From Eledone cirrhosa (lineage: Eukaryota): DNA of 64,000 nucleotides. Of this stretch, positions 1-12,524 are shown piece by piece (position 1 is the first letter of the stretch; each line of letters opens with the position of its first letter). The notes beneath the pieces are model-generated. The model saw only the letters and a program-made list of their open reading frames with translations. It ran no database searches and was not told the origin of the DNA. A program made the translations under genes and the position numbers. Location of the stretch: positions 185,814,001 to 185,878,000 of the forward strand of contig OZ024740.1 of assembly GCA_964016885.1 (NCBI GenBank), given 5' to 3'.

Positions 1-94
1 CAAGTTAATAAATAATCATGACTTTTCTAAAACAACACGTTACCAAAGACAATTGTTTATGATTAGGACAATGGGATTGATGAGTTAATATCTG

Positions 95-2740
95 TATACA
101 ACAACTACAACGGTCCGCGATGGGGGCCACCAACAGCCCGGCCGGACAGAAAAGAGAAGGCGTTTCCCCGGAGGACGGAAAGGGAGACACGCTGGAAAAG
201 CCACTCCAACTCGCGGGGCTCATAGCTGCGGCTGGCAGATCCGGCGGCCGAGCCTCAGGGAAACGCCGATTTGCAGGCTATGGTTGTCTAGCTGCGTGCC
301 AGTGGAGAAGGAGGGCAGGGCATGGAGCCAGGCACCACTGTGGGGTTTGGAGGCCGCACGAAAACAAGCAATGCCGTGCTGGTCGAGCTGTCGCGTGAGC
401 CTGTCTGAGGCCAGGCTGCACTGGATGTCATCCCAAGTGCTTTGGGGGGACTAGACGTCAATAGGGGGAGAAGGAGGCGGGACGTCTACTGGGCTAAGTC
501 CCAGCCGGTCCCACGTCTCACATGCGGACGCACGTTCTCTGAACACAGAGGGTTCTGTTATGTTTTGAAGAACTCTGCTGACGAGGACGCGGAACGAGGT
601 TACCGACGAAAGATACGCCGGCAAAGCTAGTGAGATCGGGGACCGGAGGGCAAGACCGCCATATGTGACAGGTAAAGTGGCCTGTTGCCACCCTATGTCG
701 TCAAACTTGACGTGGCATATCCCCTCGGCTGTTGCTTGGATACATGTATCGTGGTCAGCGAGGAGAGATGTCTGTGTGTAGAAATGGAGCGCTGCGGAGT
801 GTATAGAGGAGCTTCGGCATGGCGAAGCAGTTTCTCTGCAGAAAGAGAGCTGGGTGGCCGTCAATAAAGCCCAGTCGGCTCGTGAAAGTCTGGAGCTTTT
901 GAAGCCTGGACCTGATGGTGGAGCGGATGGCCGGCGGGTGAATCGGTGACCCAAGGATGAGGACATCCTCTTTGGGGGTCACTGAACCTGGCGGAGAATG
1001 GACCGGACATCCAAGACGGAGGCTGCAAAGCTTGCAGCGTCGAGGCTGACGTTCACCACATCCGACTTGGACGAGTTGACCTGGAGGTCGATTCCCGCCA
1101 GGGCAGGAACCACCGATTGAAAGTCATGGCAGACCGTCCGTACGGGCCCGCCCAACATAGCATCCTCCAGATATCAAACGTTGTGAGGGGCCGTGATACT
1201 ACGGGCGATGCGTTCAATACCAAGGGCGAACAGGAGGGTTCCCAAAAGGTCGCCTTGTTGGACCCCAGTAGCCGAGGGTATGACCGTATCAGCAGCAAGG
1301 AACATGCTCGGGGCTCCATATGACAGGTAGGCCAGCGGGTAGGCCAGCGGGTAGGCCAGCGGGTAGGCCAGTGGGTAGGCAGAGGATGCTCGGCTGAGGC
1401 ATGCCTCGAGAATATGATCCCGGCGTAAAGACTTGAAGGCATTCCTCATGTCAAGCTTCACAATGAGGTGCCTGGAGTCCCTGGATGTCGGTTCCGATCG
1501 GCAGCTTTTGAAGAATTGCCTGGTTGCATGAGCGGCCTCTCACAGCCACCGGACACGCCGACACCCAGTTGCACCGGACTAAACTCCTCACCTAGTTCGG
1601 GTGTTTCGGACTTACAGATCCCCTTGGCAGCCAGCCTCCGGAAGACATTGCCCACCCTCTTTCTTCCTGAGAGCGGTGAGCCTGGCCGGAAAAAAGAGGC
1701 CTCAGGCGTAAGGGTCCAGGGAACCATGGATGAGCCTATTGGTGAGCCCCACAATTGCACTCAGAAGGGCGCTCTGCCTCAGTGGAGAGGGGGGATGTCA
1801 ACTGCTTGAGGTGGCCTGGTCGGAGACCATCAACACCTCCGCAGCTGCTAGCTGGGAAGGACCTGATGGCGGACATGATGTCTGCGTCAGTAGCCACAAG
1901 GAGCAAGAGGGGGTCGGGTGGGGTTATGGGTCTCGGATTAGTGGGTGGCTCAGGGTGTTTCAGCCGCAGAGCAGCCAGGACATCCTCGGTGGTTTGGAGG
2001 ACAGTGTCCTTTGAGGCAACAACTCTGACTGCGGCTGAGACATCACCCATGATAAACATCGTTTACCTGGTCACGCAAATACTTGGCGCTGGCCTCGGGG
2101 GTGGAGGATAGGGGATACCTGAGGATAGGGTGTGTGGCGTCTCTGGGCACGATTGGAAGAGGCGCTCGCCCAAAGCACGAGACATTGGCCTTGAATAAGG
2201 CTGATGTTGATCGGCCGTCCCGGTCAGCGCTAGAGCTGGGGAACCCGGGGAAGCTGAGGGCGAGTGGGGAGAAATAGAACCACCGCTCCCAGTACTGGCT
2301 CGATTGGGGTCCAGGGCGCTCTCAATCGAGGAAGCCAGGGCATCGGCTACCGGCACACGTGCCGCTCTCGGGATCCTGAGTGGGATCTTCCGGAGCCGCC
2401 TGAGCTGAGCGATGTTGACCAGCGAGGCTCGGGCGTCAAGTAAGCTCGCTGTCCCACCCGGTGGTGTTCCAGATGGCCGTGGCTGGGAAGACGTGGGAAA
2501 GAGGCAGCTCCTGCACCTCCACGCTGCGAGGGCAAGCGAACGCAGGAGAGGTGGTGTAAGCAGCAGCACCCCAAACAGTTCCGGCCCCTCTTCCGTCTGT
2601 TAGTGATGCTGCAAGTGTTGCAGGTGTTGGCTTGGAGGGGTGGGGCCTGGGACTGGGGCACCGAGCTGCATCAGGGGTTGTTGGCTGGCGTGTGTGGGTG
2701 GAAGGGACAGTGCTGGTGAGAGGGCCTCATAGCTCACCTA
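95..2740 (-). mobile_element. Decayed CRE-clade non-LTR retrotransposon (RT, frameshifted; endonuclease deleted)
   Basis: Consecutive minus-strand frames give GGVDGLRPGHLK, VGNVFRRLAAK, SPVQLGVGVSGGCE, KLDMRNAF, SATGVQQGDLLGTLLFALGI, a YLED in place of the catalytic YLDD, QATLPVTYGGLALR, HSGAWLHALP..LRLG and the terminal WLFQRVSLSVLRGNA. These motifs are typical of CRE-type RTs. GC-rich island within AT-rich DNA. Confidence 0.88.
1326..1380 (-). repeat. 12-bp tandem repeat inside the RT, encoding (YPLA)n in frame
   Basis: GGTAGGCCAGCG repeated about 4.5 times on +; ORF 1174..1461 reads AYPLAYPLAYPLAYPLAYL. Confidence 0.95.
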
Positions 2741-4523
2741 TATATATGGAGGTGCCAGAAAACAAAAGAGATGCTGGGGTTGGCTTCCAGTTGTTAATGG
2801 TAGAATTGTTGTTGTTAATGACACTGTTGTCGTCGTTGCCTTCCTCTTGTTAATGGTGAAGATATAGTGCGAAATACAAAATCCACCAGCAAGGAATTCT
2901 ATTAAAAAAGTATATAGAAATAAAGTTAACATTTCTGTCTGGGATATAAATATTTGTTTTATATTTTCGCAAACATCGTAACGATATTCTCAATGAACGC
3001 GCTTACAATATTTGAATATAACTGAACCGTCGTGTCATTTAACTTGAACAGTGAAGCAAAATAAAAGGGGAATGGTGAATTTGGAGTGTCAATCCCTTGT
3101 GTTTTTTAGTTTTTTTGTTTGTTTTTTTGTTTTTTTCCAATACCGGCCCTACAGTTTTCCAGGATTTATAGACTCATTAGTGTCTATTTTTCCCTCAAAT
3201 AAATGGAGGCGTTTTATCTCCTCATGAAACTGACATTACTTAATGATATTCGTCATCTATGGCTTATTCATATGCATCATTTCATGACTCTATATAACGT
3301 TTAGAATGTTTGTGCAGTGTTCTGTTTTCAGCCAGGTTTGTACAACAGGTAAGAAAAATGATGATTCGGTTTCTTCGTCGGAAGATCGAAGTGTTTTCTT
3401 GTCTTCTTCAATACTTTCATAAACGGCTTCGGAGATTTAAAATTTATCTTTCCATTGGTGCTTCCATTTCCACACGGTTCTGCTCGGGAATTACCGGTGG
3501 ATCTCATAAAACACTGTGATCTAATTTGCTTGTTGTTTATGTGAAATGTGTGGTCAGCTAATATTTTAGTCCTTGAAACGCATGAAAAGATGATGTGTAG
3601 AATAATTCAATATTTACAAAAAATGTATTTATATTTCATTTTAAATATTGTTTTCAATTCCAGATATAACATTTTAATATATCTTATTAGTAATATATAT
3701 CTAAGAAATCTTGATTATATAAATCGGAAATATAACAGAACCTTATATATACTTTAACAACCTGCTTACGACTTCATTTATACCATAAACGTGGTTTTGT
3801 CTTTGCGTGTAATTGTTTCCACCGGAAGTTAGAAAATGTCAGCAGTGTTTTTTCTATTCATTTTCGTATTATCTATTTTTATTTTATATTTCTCTCAAAA
3901 TAATTACCAGAAACTCCTTTCTTGACAAATGTAAACCCCCTCATCCGTCCCAAAGGAACCCTCTCGATCATCATTATATCTCTATTTGTATTTTCATATA
4001 TTTTTACTCATCATTCTTTTGTTATTATTTTTTATACCGAAAAAACCAGAAATAGACTCAAACTATAAGCACACACACACTCACGCGCACCCACACACAT
4101 ACGCATGCACAGAACATTAAATGGCCTCCGGGTGTAAATTTCAAATAGAAAAAGAACTCTTTATTTGAATCAATAGAAGCTTCTAGTAAATCAACTGAAT
4201 CGCAGCCAGTGGAACCTCACTTCCAGATTTTGAGAACCAACTACACAAACGATGTATATAAGAAACCTTGGGAGAATGTACCCATATGTTTACCAACCAG
4301 CAATATATGAAACCAGATATTTTAAATATTTGATAAGATTGTCTTACTATTGTAAGCCGGTAATATTTGATAAAACTTAAATACATTTAATGTCATAAGT
4401 ATATTAATATATATTCTGTCAGATAAAAAGAATCTTCAAATATATTTCTGTCTGTGCTTTTCTACTTCCAACGGTTACCTATAATCCTCAATTTCTATGT
4501 CACTTTACGGTGTTTTTCAATTT

Positions 4524-4635
<112 letters not shown>

Positions 4636-4636
4636 A

Positions 4637-5100
4637 GTTAAAAACAAAAAAACAAAAACAATAACGAAGAGTGCAGTACACACAGTGTTAGTATTATGTT
4701 CCCGCTTGAGAGTGACGGGGGACATTTCTGGCATAAGTCCTTCCTGAAGAGAAAAGTGGGGAGAAAAGGAGTTCCGAGGGTGTGAGGGGCGATGTGGAAA
4801 GACATTAAACGGAGGAATTTAAGGGAAAGGAAAAACAATTAAAATGAAAACAAGTGGTGAAAGGGTGTGAGGCGTGTAGGGGTGGTGGTGGGTGGATGGA
4901 GGAGGGAGGCGTAGTCCGAGCGGGGAGTGCGGAAGGTGGTGTGTGTGTATGTGTGTAGGTATACGTGTGTGTGTGTGGATGTAATTTGAGAGTTTTGGGA
5001 AGAACGAGGTTCCATGTTCGGGTAATAGGAAAACCAGTGTGTGCGTGGGGTGGGGTGTAAGTCAGTGTGCGTGTGGACGTTTGTGCGTGTGTGTGTTTGA
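4637..5100 (-). mobile_element. 3' UTR/pLTR fragment of a Neptune-like Penelope element, related to 60730-61290
   Basis: The reverse complement matches 60900-61020. It contains TCAGGAAGGACTTATGCCAGAAATGTC, a decayed version of CTGAAGAAGGGCTTATGCCCGAAACGTC at 61173. Confidence 0.75.
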
Positions 5101-5184
5101 ATGTGTATATATGTATATATATATATGTTAATACATATATATATATATATATACATTTAAACACACATACTCATACTCATACAG

Positions 5185-5249
<65 letters not shown>

Positions 5250-5297
5250 AAAATGAAGAGTAACATGGTTGGCTGTATAATAAGGGCTTTATTTAAA

Positions 5298-5408
5298 GTA
5301 CTGACAATTGTTTCGTTGATCAGGTGAGTCTAGAGTTCGCTAATCGCTTGAGGTTGCGTTATTCGATCTCCAATACATTATTTACCTCTGGTCAACACAT
5401 CAGAGTAC
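5298..5408 (-). ncRNA. Type I hammerhead ribozyme motif with large stem II insertion (A9 variant)
   Basis: GTACT-CTGATGT-GTTGACCAG...CTGATCAAC-GAAAC-AATT-GTC-AGTAC. Confidence 0.75.
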
Positions 5409-6050
5409 GTAGTTATTAAAGTAATACACACGAGGCAGGAGTTATATAGAAAAATAGCGTATAATCATCAATAATATAACATGTATGGTAAATCGGTCAC
5501 TGGTCACTGGATCATAAATCTGTGAACATTTCTTTCAACCTCTCTCCCTCAAACAGCATCAACCCCGTTAAGATAGAATAATCAGCAAAACATTTACAAC
5601 AAGCGTTTATCAAATGTCCCGTCATCCCTAGCCCATAAACATCATACATATATACGCCAATTAATCTCCAATTTATTGTCTTTTCTTTTATCGGACCCTC
5701 TACACGTATCTATGTATCTCAAATCTGGTTTCACATGTTAGCACTAAACCCACCAAAGAATCCTTATAAGAATACTTACTCAAAACCTACTACTATGTAC
5801 TTACTCGCTCTCACTTATTTATTTCTTTATATTTTCCATTTTCTCATTTTCTTATTTTTTTAATGTACCCCATCTTATATTTTACTTTTTATTTTTTACA
5901 TCTGTAACTTCTCTACCTATTTAGCATACATGTTTTATTATTGATGTTATTGTTTTGATTATACGTTATTTTATTATTGATGTTATTGTTTTGATTATAC
6001 GCTACTCTTCTATAAAAGTCCTGCCTCGAGTGAATTACTTTCATATCTAC

Positions 6051-6161
6051 GTACTCTGATGTGTTAACCAGAGGTAAATAATATATTGGAGATCGAATGA
6101 CGAAACCTCAAGCTATTAGCGAACTCTAGACTCCTCTGATCAACGAAACACTTGTCAGTAC
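6051..6161 (+). ncRNA. Type I hammerhead ribozyme motif with large stem II insertion (A9 variant)
   Basis: GTACT-CTGATGT-GTTAACCAGAGG...CCTCTGATCAAC-GAAAC-ACTT-GTC-AGTAC. Confidence 0.72.
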
Positions 6162-6396
6162 TTTAAATAAAGCCCTTATTGTACAACCAACCATGTTACT
6201 CTTCATTCATTAACTATTATTACTTCAAGTATAATCTGCATAGAAATTACCGCGAACTCGCTGCATAACTATGGCAACATCTCGTTGAGTCAAACACAGC
6301 CGTACGTTAAAACTATCCACGACGCAGAGTACTCACAACCTCTAACTGGATTACCTATAACGATAACTTGTTATCCCATATATATATGTGTGTGTA

Positions 6397-6499
<103 letters not shown>

Positions 6500-6619
6500 C
6501 AGTACCTCCTATTCATAGTATTTTAAGAAAACAATGATTATTATGTTGCAGTAAAAGCTGAAGGTCCGCTAAGGTGAAACAATTGTTCTCGGTTTGGTGA
6601 ACTAACTGTTGTGTTACTA

Positions 6620-6684
<65 letters not shown>

Positions 6685-8765
6685 AATTACAAAATCTGAG
6701 GAAATAATAGACAAAATTATACCTATTTATATATATATATATTTATATATATTTGTTTATGTATGATCTGCTGCATAGCCGCGTCATCACCGAATAGACA
6801 TTTAAACACATTAACGATGGTCAGAGTGTAGGGAAAAGTTTGGACATGAAGTGGGATGAAAAGCATCAATTATCAACAGATCGAGGAAGTCAAATGTGCC
6901 AACGGCCAAACAATAGAGTTTATATAGTGCACGGTCTTACATATGTGTATTTCTATATTTACGTATACACAAATAAGATAATGACACTCTTATTTTGCCA
7001 TATTTATTTTTTTCTATTTATTGTGGAAATTGAATGGCTTTAAAAATGTAATTAGTTAGTCTTCTGTTTTTATCAAGCATATAACAGCCTAAACCCTTTT
7101 GTGTAGGGACGTTTTTACACCCATGTTCCTTTTTTTTAAATCTTACCCAATATATGCAAGTTTGCATAGAGATATATTGATGGGATATATTAATAGTGAA
7201 CATATTTTTGAAATGTTCGGGATTATACGGTCATGCGAAAACGAAATACCACCCCGAGTATAGTTTCGACAACCAGAAAGTGCCGTAGAGACAGGAACAA
7301 TCACAATTAGTCTATCTCCAATGTTGCTTGTTCCACTATGTTATCAGTGCTTACGGTTTGGTATATTGATCTCACCATATTAGTTTGTATTTGTTCTCTT
7401 ACAAGACTATGTTTAGGAGGTACAGCATTTAAAAAATAATGGAGAGGATGCAAATGTTGATCTATAGATATTAAATATATACATCATCTCATTCTCTGAA
7501 TTTTGCCTAACATATATTTTTAGATAGTTAATATCATGGCGCATTTTTCTCCTTAGACCAACTATTGAAAGCAAGTACTCTCTTCCACCATTGCCTTCTA
7601 CTAAACTCTAATTTAAAACGGTTTAATTAGTATATAGGTTGGGGATTCAATGCTTCGCTGGATTCATTTCGAGTGTCTACACTCTGATTTCAATTTCTAC
7701 CGAAATCATAAATGTACGAGTCCCGTACTGGGGTCGATTCTTCTTTTATATCTCTTTTTGACTTCCATTTTCTAAGTGGATTCTTCATTGTAAAAAGTAT
7801 GTTGTATTCAAACCTGGAGAGGAGATGGGCTCCATCAGGTTTAAAACTGCCCTAGAAATGTCGTATGGTGTATCCTACAATGGTGCTTCAAATTATAGAA
7901 ACACTTGCAAAATAAAATCATTTAAGGTGCTCATTAAGCGTTCTGATTTATAGCCCCTTACTAGGATTATTGTCGATTAATTAATCACAGAATATTTGAT
8001 CAGAAGCCTGCATCCATATGTATCACATAACGTAAGGCATAGTCGGTTCACAGGCATGCTAATATGTTCAAATTCGATCCGGAATACATCGGCTTTCTAA
8101 CAGGTTTAATATGACTGATTATTCAGAGCTGGCGTAAGCTACTGAAAGATAGTATTAAAAAATAAAAAAATAAAAAAAGTCGTTCATATTTAATGCTAGA
8201 TGGAATTATTTGTTTTCATTAATTCATTACGATTATTATAACCCCATCGCCTCCATATCTGCTATAACTATGATTATGATGCTGATAATTAATGTTTCCT
8301 TGGCTCCCGGTTGACTGATATCGATCAGAATAAAATCACCAAGGGTTAAAAACTATTCGCTTACAGGCACTCAATAAGATCAGCTTGATAATAAGTACGT
8401 AAACCTGATGTAATTTATTGTATTGAATGCGTATATATTTATACAAATAATTAAATTCTCTATTTTTATTTTCATTTTTATTCATAGCGCTCCTACTGGA
8501 AACTGTTTCAGTTGTTTACCATTACATGAATGGATATAAATATTACAATTAATCGAAGTCATAATATATATTCTCGGTGAGTAGATCTTTTTAGTTTACA
8601 AAACAAAAAAGTATTCGATATTCAATCTTCTTGCAGCAAACTCTTAACAAAAACATCTTCACGTCTTTTTGTGTATATTTTTAAACAAACGTCCATATTT
8701 GTTTCCCACTCCAGTTCATCCATCCATATACATATATATGTCTGTGTGTGTGTGTGTGTGTATGT

Positions 8766-8806
<41 letters not shown>

Positions 8807-9146
8807 TGTGTGTGTGTGTGTGCGTGCGTGTGTGTGTGTGCGTGAGTGCGTGCGTGTGTGTGCATGAGTGTTTATACAGATGTGTGCGTGTCTGTGTCCG
8901 TCTGAATGTGTATTAGTTTGACAGAGCTTGTGTTACTAAATTTACTTAACTCCCAATCTACTCCTGATGCAAGAGATTTAGATAAAATGTTGTCAGGGTG
9001 TGTTTAAATGGTACCTTTGTTTCGGACCTAGTGTACCTCGGACTGCAATAACTGATGGTATTGTACAATTGTTATGTATGCAGATGCTGGTTTTTAAAGA
9101 GATTTAGAGGTTATTTCTTGTAGATAGCGATAACATACACACAGGC

Positions 9147-9214
<68 letters not shown>

Positions 9215-9309
9215 ACTGTATATGTATATATATACATATATGTATATATGTATATATATATATATATATACATGTATGTATATATATACATTGCACACAC
9301 ACACACATC

Positions 9310-9343
<34 letters not shown>

Positions 9344-9374
9344 AATATATATATATATATGTATATATATACAC

Positions 9375-9430
<56 letters not shown>

Positions 9431-9770
9431 TCATATGTATGTATATTTTATTCAATTTTTTTCAAAATCTGTATTTATTATTAACTTATTTTGAAATATA
9501 ACTGCTAGACTAAAATTATAATTATTTCTACGAGTTTAACATCGTAGCCTTCAGGGTTATTATTTACAGTCATATGTTTCTTAATTTACATTTTTGCCGT
9601 ATCCTTCTTTTTTTTTTAATTATTCAATTCATCTGTTTTTTTTATTTTATTTTAACTTTTGATATTCTAAACTATACACAAAACACTTAATGATAAAATA
9701 AATATTTCAGATATTTCTATTTCTGTTGAGACCCAGTAATTATTTTTGTTGACTTTATATTAGTCATAAT

Positions 9771-9956
9771 TGTTTCTACTTTAGGCACAAGGCCAGCAAT
9801 AACCCAGTGCATTGCTGGTACTTTATTTTATCGACCCCGTAAGGATGAAAGGCAAAGTGAAACTCGGCGGGATTTGAACTCAGATCGTAAAGGGACGTAA
9901 CTATGCCGGAAAGCATTGCGTCCGACCCTCTACCGATACTGCCAATCCACCGCCCT
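9771..9956 (-). mobile_element. tRNA-derived SINE (Meta-like core) with 19-bp target-site duplication
   Basis: A box TGGCAGTATCGG, B box GAGTTCAAATCC, core CTTTGCCTTTCATCCTTACGGGGTCGATAAAAT. ACTTTATATTAGTCATAAT occurs at 9752-9770 and 9966-9984. Confidence 0.93.
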
Positions 9957-10169
9957 AACAATCCCACTTTATATTAGTCATAATCATAGTGTGTTGTGAT
10001 TACATACTAAGGAATGTATCCGAAGTAAATATTGAATTGTTTCTGTCAGAGAAAATTGAACGTTTTCATTTCTTACCTCACTTACAATTTTCACAAAGCC
10101 ATCGATGGGAATCAGAGGAGAAGCTTCATTTTATTTTCAATAATTAATAGTAAGTTTAGGGAGGTGCCT

Positions 10170-10505
10170 GCCTGTACGAAAATGATAAAATTGTATATTT
10201 CACAAATGTTGACTGTAAACAGGTTCTTAATATATACGCTTGCTACTCGATCGAATCGATCGACAAGAACCCAGATCTCATTCAGTTACCAACTGGGGTT
10301 GCAACTTGTCAAAATGGAACATGTAAACAGCGTTTCCCGTGTTCATTCCATTGCTGATATTATCTACTCTTCGCCACTCTTGGCAGAAGGAACAACGTGA
10401 AATAATATGCTATGCTAGAGAACACAGCGCAACCTTCATTCTGAGAATCGAACATGCAATCTCACGATTGTGAATCCATTTCTCTAACCGCTATGTCACA
10501 CGCTT
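10170..10505 (-). mobile_element. Older tRNA-derived SINE remnant
   Basis: The minus strand head GTGACATAGCGGTTAG...GTTCGATTCTC has A/B-box-like spacing; the body is degenerate. Confidence 0.55.
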
Positions 10506-12354
10506 ATTGTTTATTTATTATATGTAATTGTTATTTTCGTTTTTCTTTTATGAAGGAATATTTTCCAACTGTTATCCATCGTGGAATGTTGACCACAGTT
10601 GTGCGTTTTCTATTCGATAAATAAAATTGGTGGAGTATTATGGTTAGCACTCTATAGCCGGTTCATAGAGTATGCAGGATATGGGTGCTCGTGGAATAAC
10701 TGTGTAGATAGAGATCAGCTGAAATCCTATTTTAATATTACAAGGATGTTATGAATACGAAGATATGTTCCTGATGACCCTTTGTCTATCGACTATAGAC
10801 TCGTATATACGCTTGGCTTGGGCATGCAAATTCTGCAAATAATACGCATTATGTGACAAACACTAAAGACCGCTTGTGCGTCTTCGGGCGTATCTGAACG
10901 GTAATTGACGAAATCGATGCCCACAATTGTGTGAAAATTACTCAATTGCAGAATTAGCTCTTGTCAACCGTGTCAAATAATATCATTCTGCCACCATCCT
11001 TTGGCAACGATGGCCACGTAGTTTCCTCTGTCACGTTGCTGCGGCGAAACGTCGAGCAGAGCTAAAATAAAAGGAATGCAGTCATGCTCCTATCAACCCC
11101 TCCAGCCCATACTTGAAGCTGATGGTAATGACGAAAATGTAAATATTACCCTCTATTATATATGTTCGTCTTAGCTACATCATGTGGTTTGTGAGAAGTT
11201 TGGTGTGGCTAAGTTTGCCATCCATTGCTCCATCTCCATAGTAGTTTACCGCCGTTGGTCCGGAGTTGCTTATTCGTCCGCCAGGAGCCTGTTTATATCC
11301 AACTAGCCTTCAAATCTGGTGGTCGCATCGTTATCCACCACATCCGGTCCGTGCTCTAACGGAACAGCTCCGCCAAAAAGCATTATTATGTTAATTTATT
11401 TATATACTTTAGAATATTAGTCTCAATTTCGTTGACTCACGTATTTATTTTCCAGAAAATGGACAAATGGTTTACAATGCCTTCCCAGATCACGATTTAA
11501 ACCATCTAGTATTTAGCCTTATATTTACAATTTAATATTTACTTCATAACGGAATCCCCTTGAGGCTTCCTATTTCGGAAATGAAATTATTATTTTTATT
11601 CCAAATCATTATTAAATCCATATATCTACAGCCAAGCCTATTATTTCCGAAACATATAAATATACGTGTTAATGTAGTTCAACTATAGAAATCATATAAT
11701 CTTTTCTATATTACATATTCCAGGATATATAACAAACGTGTGTACTTCTGTGATATTTCTAGCCTAATTAAAAAATACTTTCCAGCAGAGGCGTTACCGG
11801 CGTTACCATATCTTACTAATATTGGACATTACATTGTCTTATCTATTCATGTTTATTAGACGGAGATGTGCGGTTTGGGACGAATTTCGCTATATTCACC
11901 GGCAGTTTTTAGGTTTCAACAATATATATTTTCACAAAACCACACGAAACACCACGAACGTTTAAACATATGCAAATTTCTAATTTTGAGCGAAACAATT
12001 ATAAATGATATTAATGAAAATAATGAAATATCGACGGCGGTGAGAAATAGGTTAACATCGAATTTTTCTATCCTTCTTTAAGCTTTAAATACATGATTTG
12101 TTTAGAGATATTTGTCATCAGAAAGTGGTTTTCAGTCCAAATAAAAAAGAAATCATATAGATTTTATGAAGTAAACATCTGCTCTTCAAGAGATCCTAGA
12201 TAATATAATTATTATTACGCAGATAACATTACTTTTTATGCTCTGCCTCTTTAGGGTAATGTACATAGTTATTCCAATATTTTATGTTTACTTTCTGGAC
12301 CCTGTTTATCTATAGAACGCTGAATACGTTTGGAGAAAAAAGAAGTACGAGCAA

Positions 12355-12431
<77 letters not shown>

Positions 12432-12435
<4 letters not shown>

Positions 12436-12524
12436 AAGGCGGGTAAAATTCCCGAGATCCATGGACGAGTTCTCTCCAGCGGTCTCTGTCCCTCATTATC
12501 GCTGCCATGTCCTGCGTCTCCAAC
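12432..12524 (-). mobile_element. ~93-bp 5'-truncated copy of the RTE-X-like LINE at 29722-33014
   Basis: Near-identical to 29721-29813 (GGCGGGTAAAATTCCCGAGATCCATGGACGAG...), abutting (TA)n. Confidence 0.93.

Larger units (their letters stand above)
5245..6378. mobile_element. Penelope-type pLTR fold-back (inverted arms ~5245-5482 and ~5980-6215) with a hammerhead in each arm and an ORF-start tail
   Basis: The arms are reverse complements. The + copy continues into a decayed ATG frame (MATSR*VKHSRTLKLSTTQSTHNL*LDYL*R*LVIP) resembling a PLE N-terminus. Flanked by (TA)n and (TG)n; third copy at 54342-54702. Confidence 0.8.

Noticed and set aside
120-2853. Plus-strand ORFs over the GC-rich island
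   Set aside because: Antisense shadows of the minus-strand CRE RT.
7775-7952. ~58-codon open frame as a possible exon
   Set aside because: Weak splice signals on either strand and no recognisable homology; compatible with chance.
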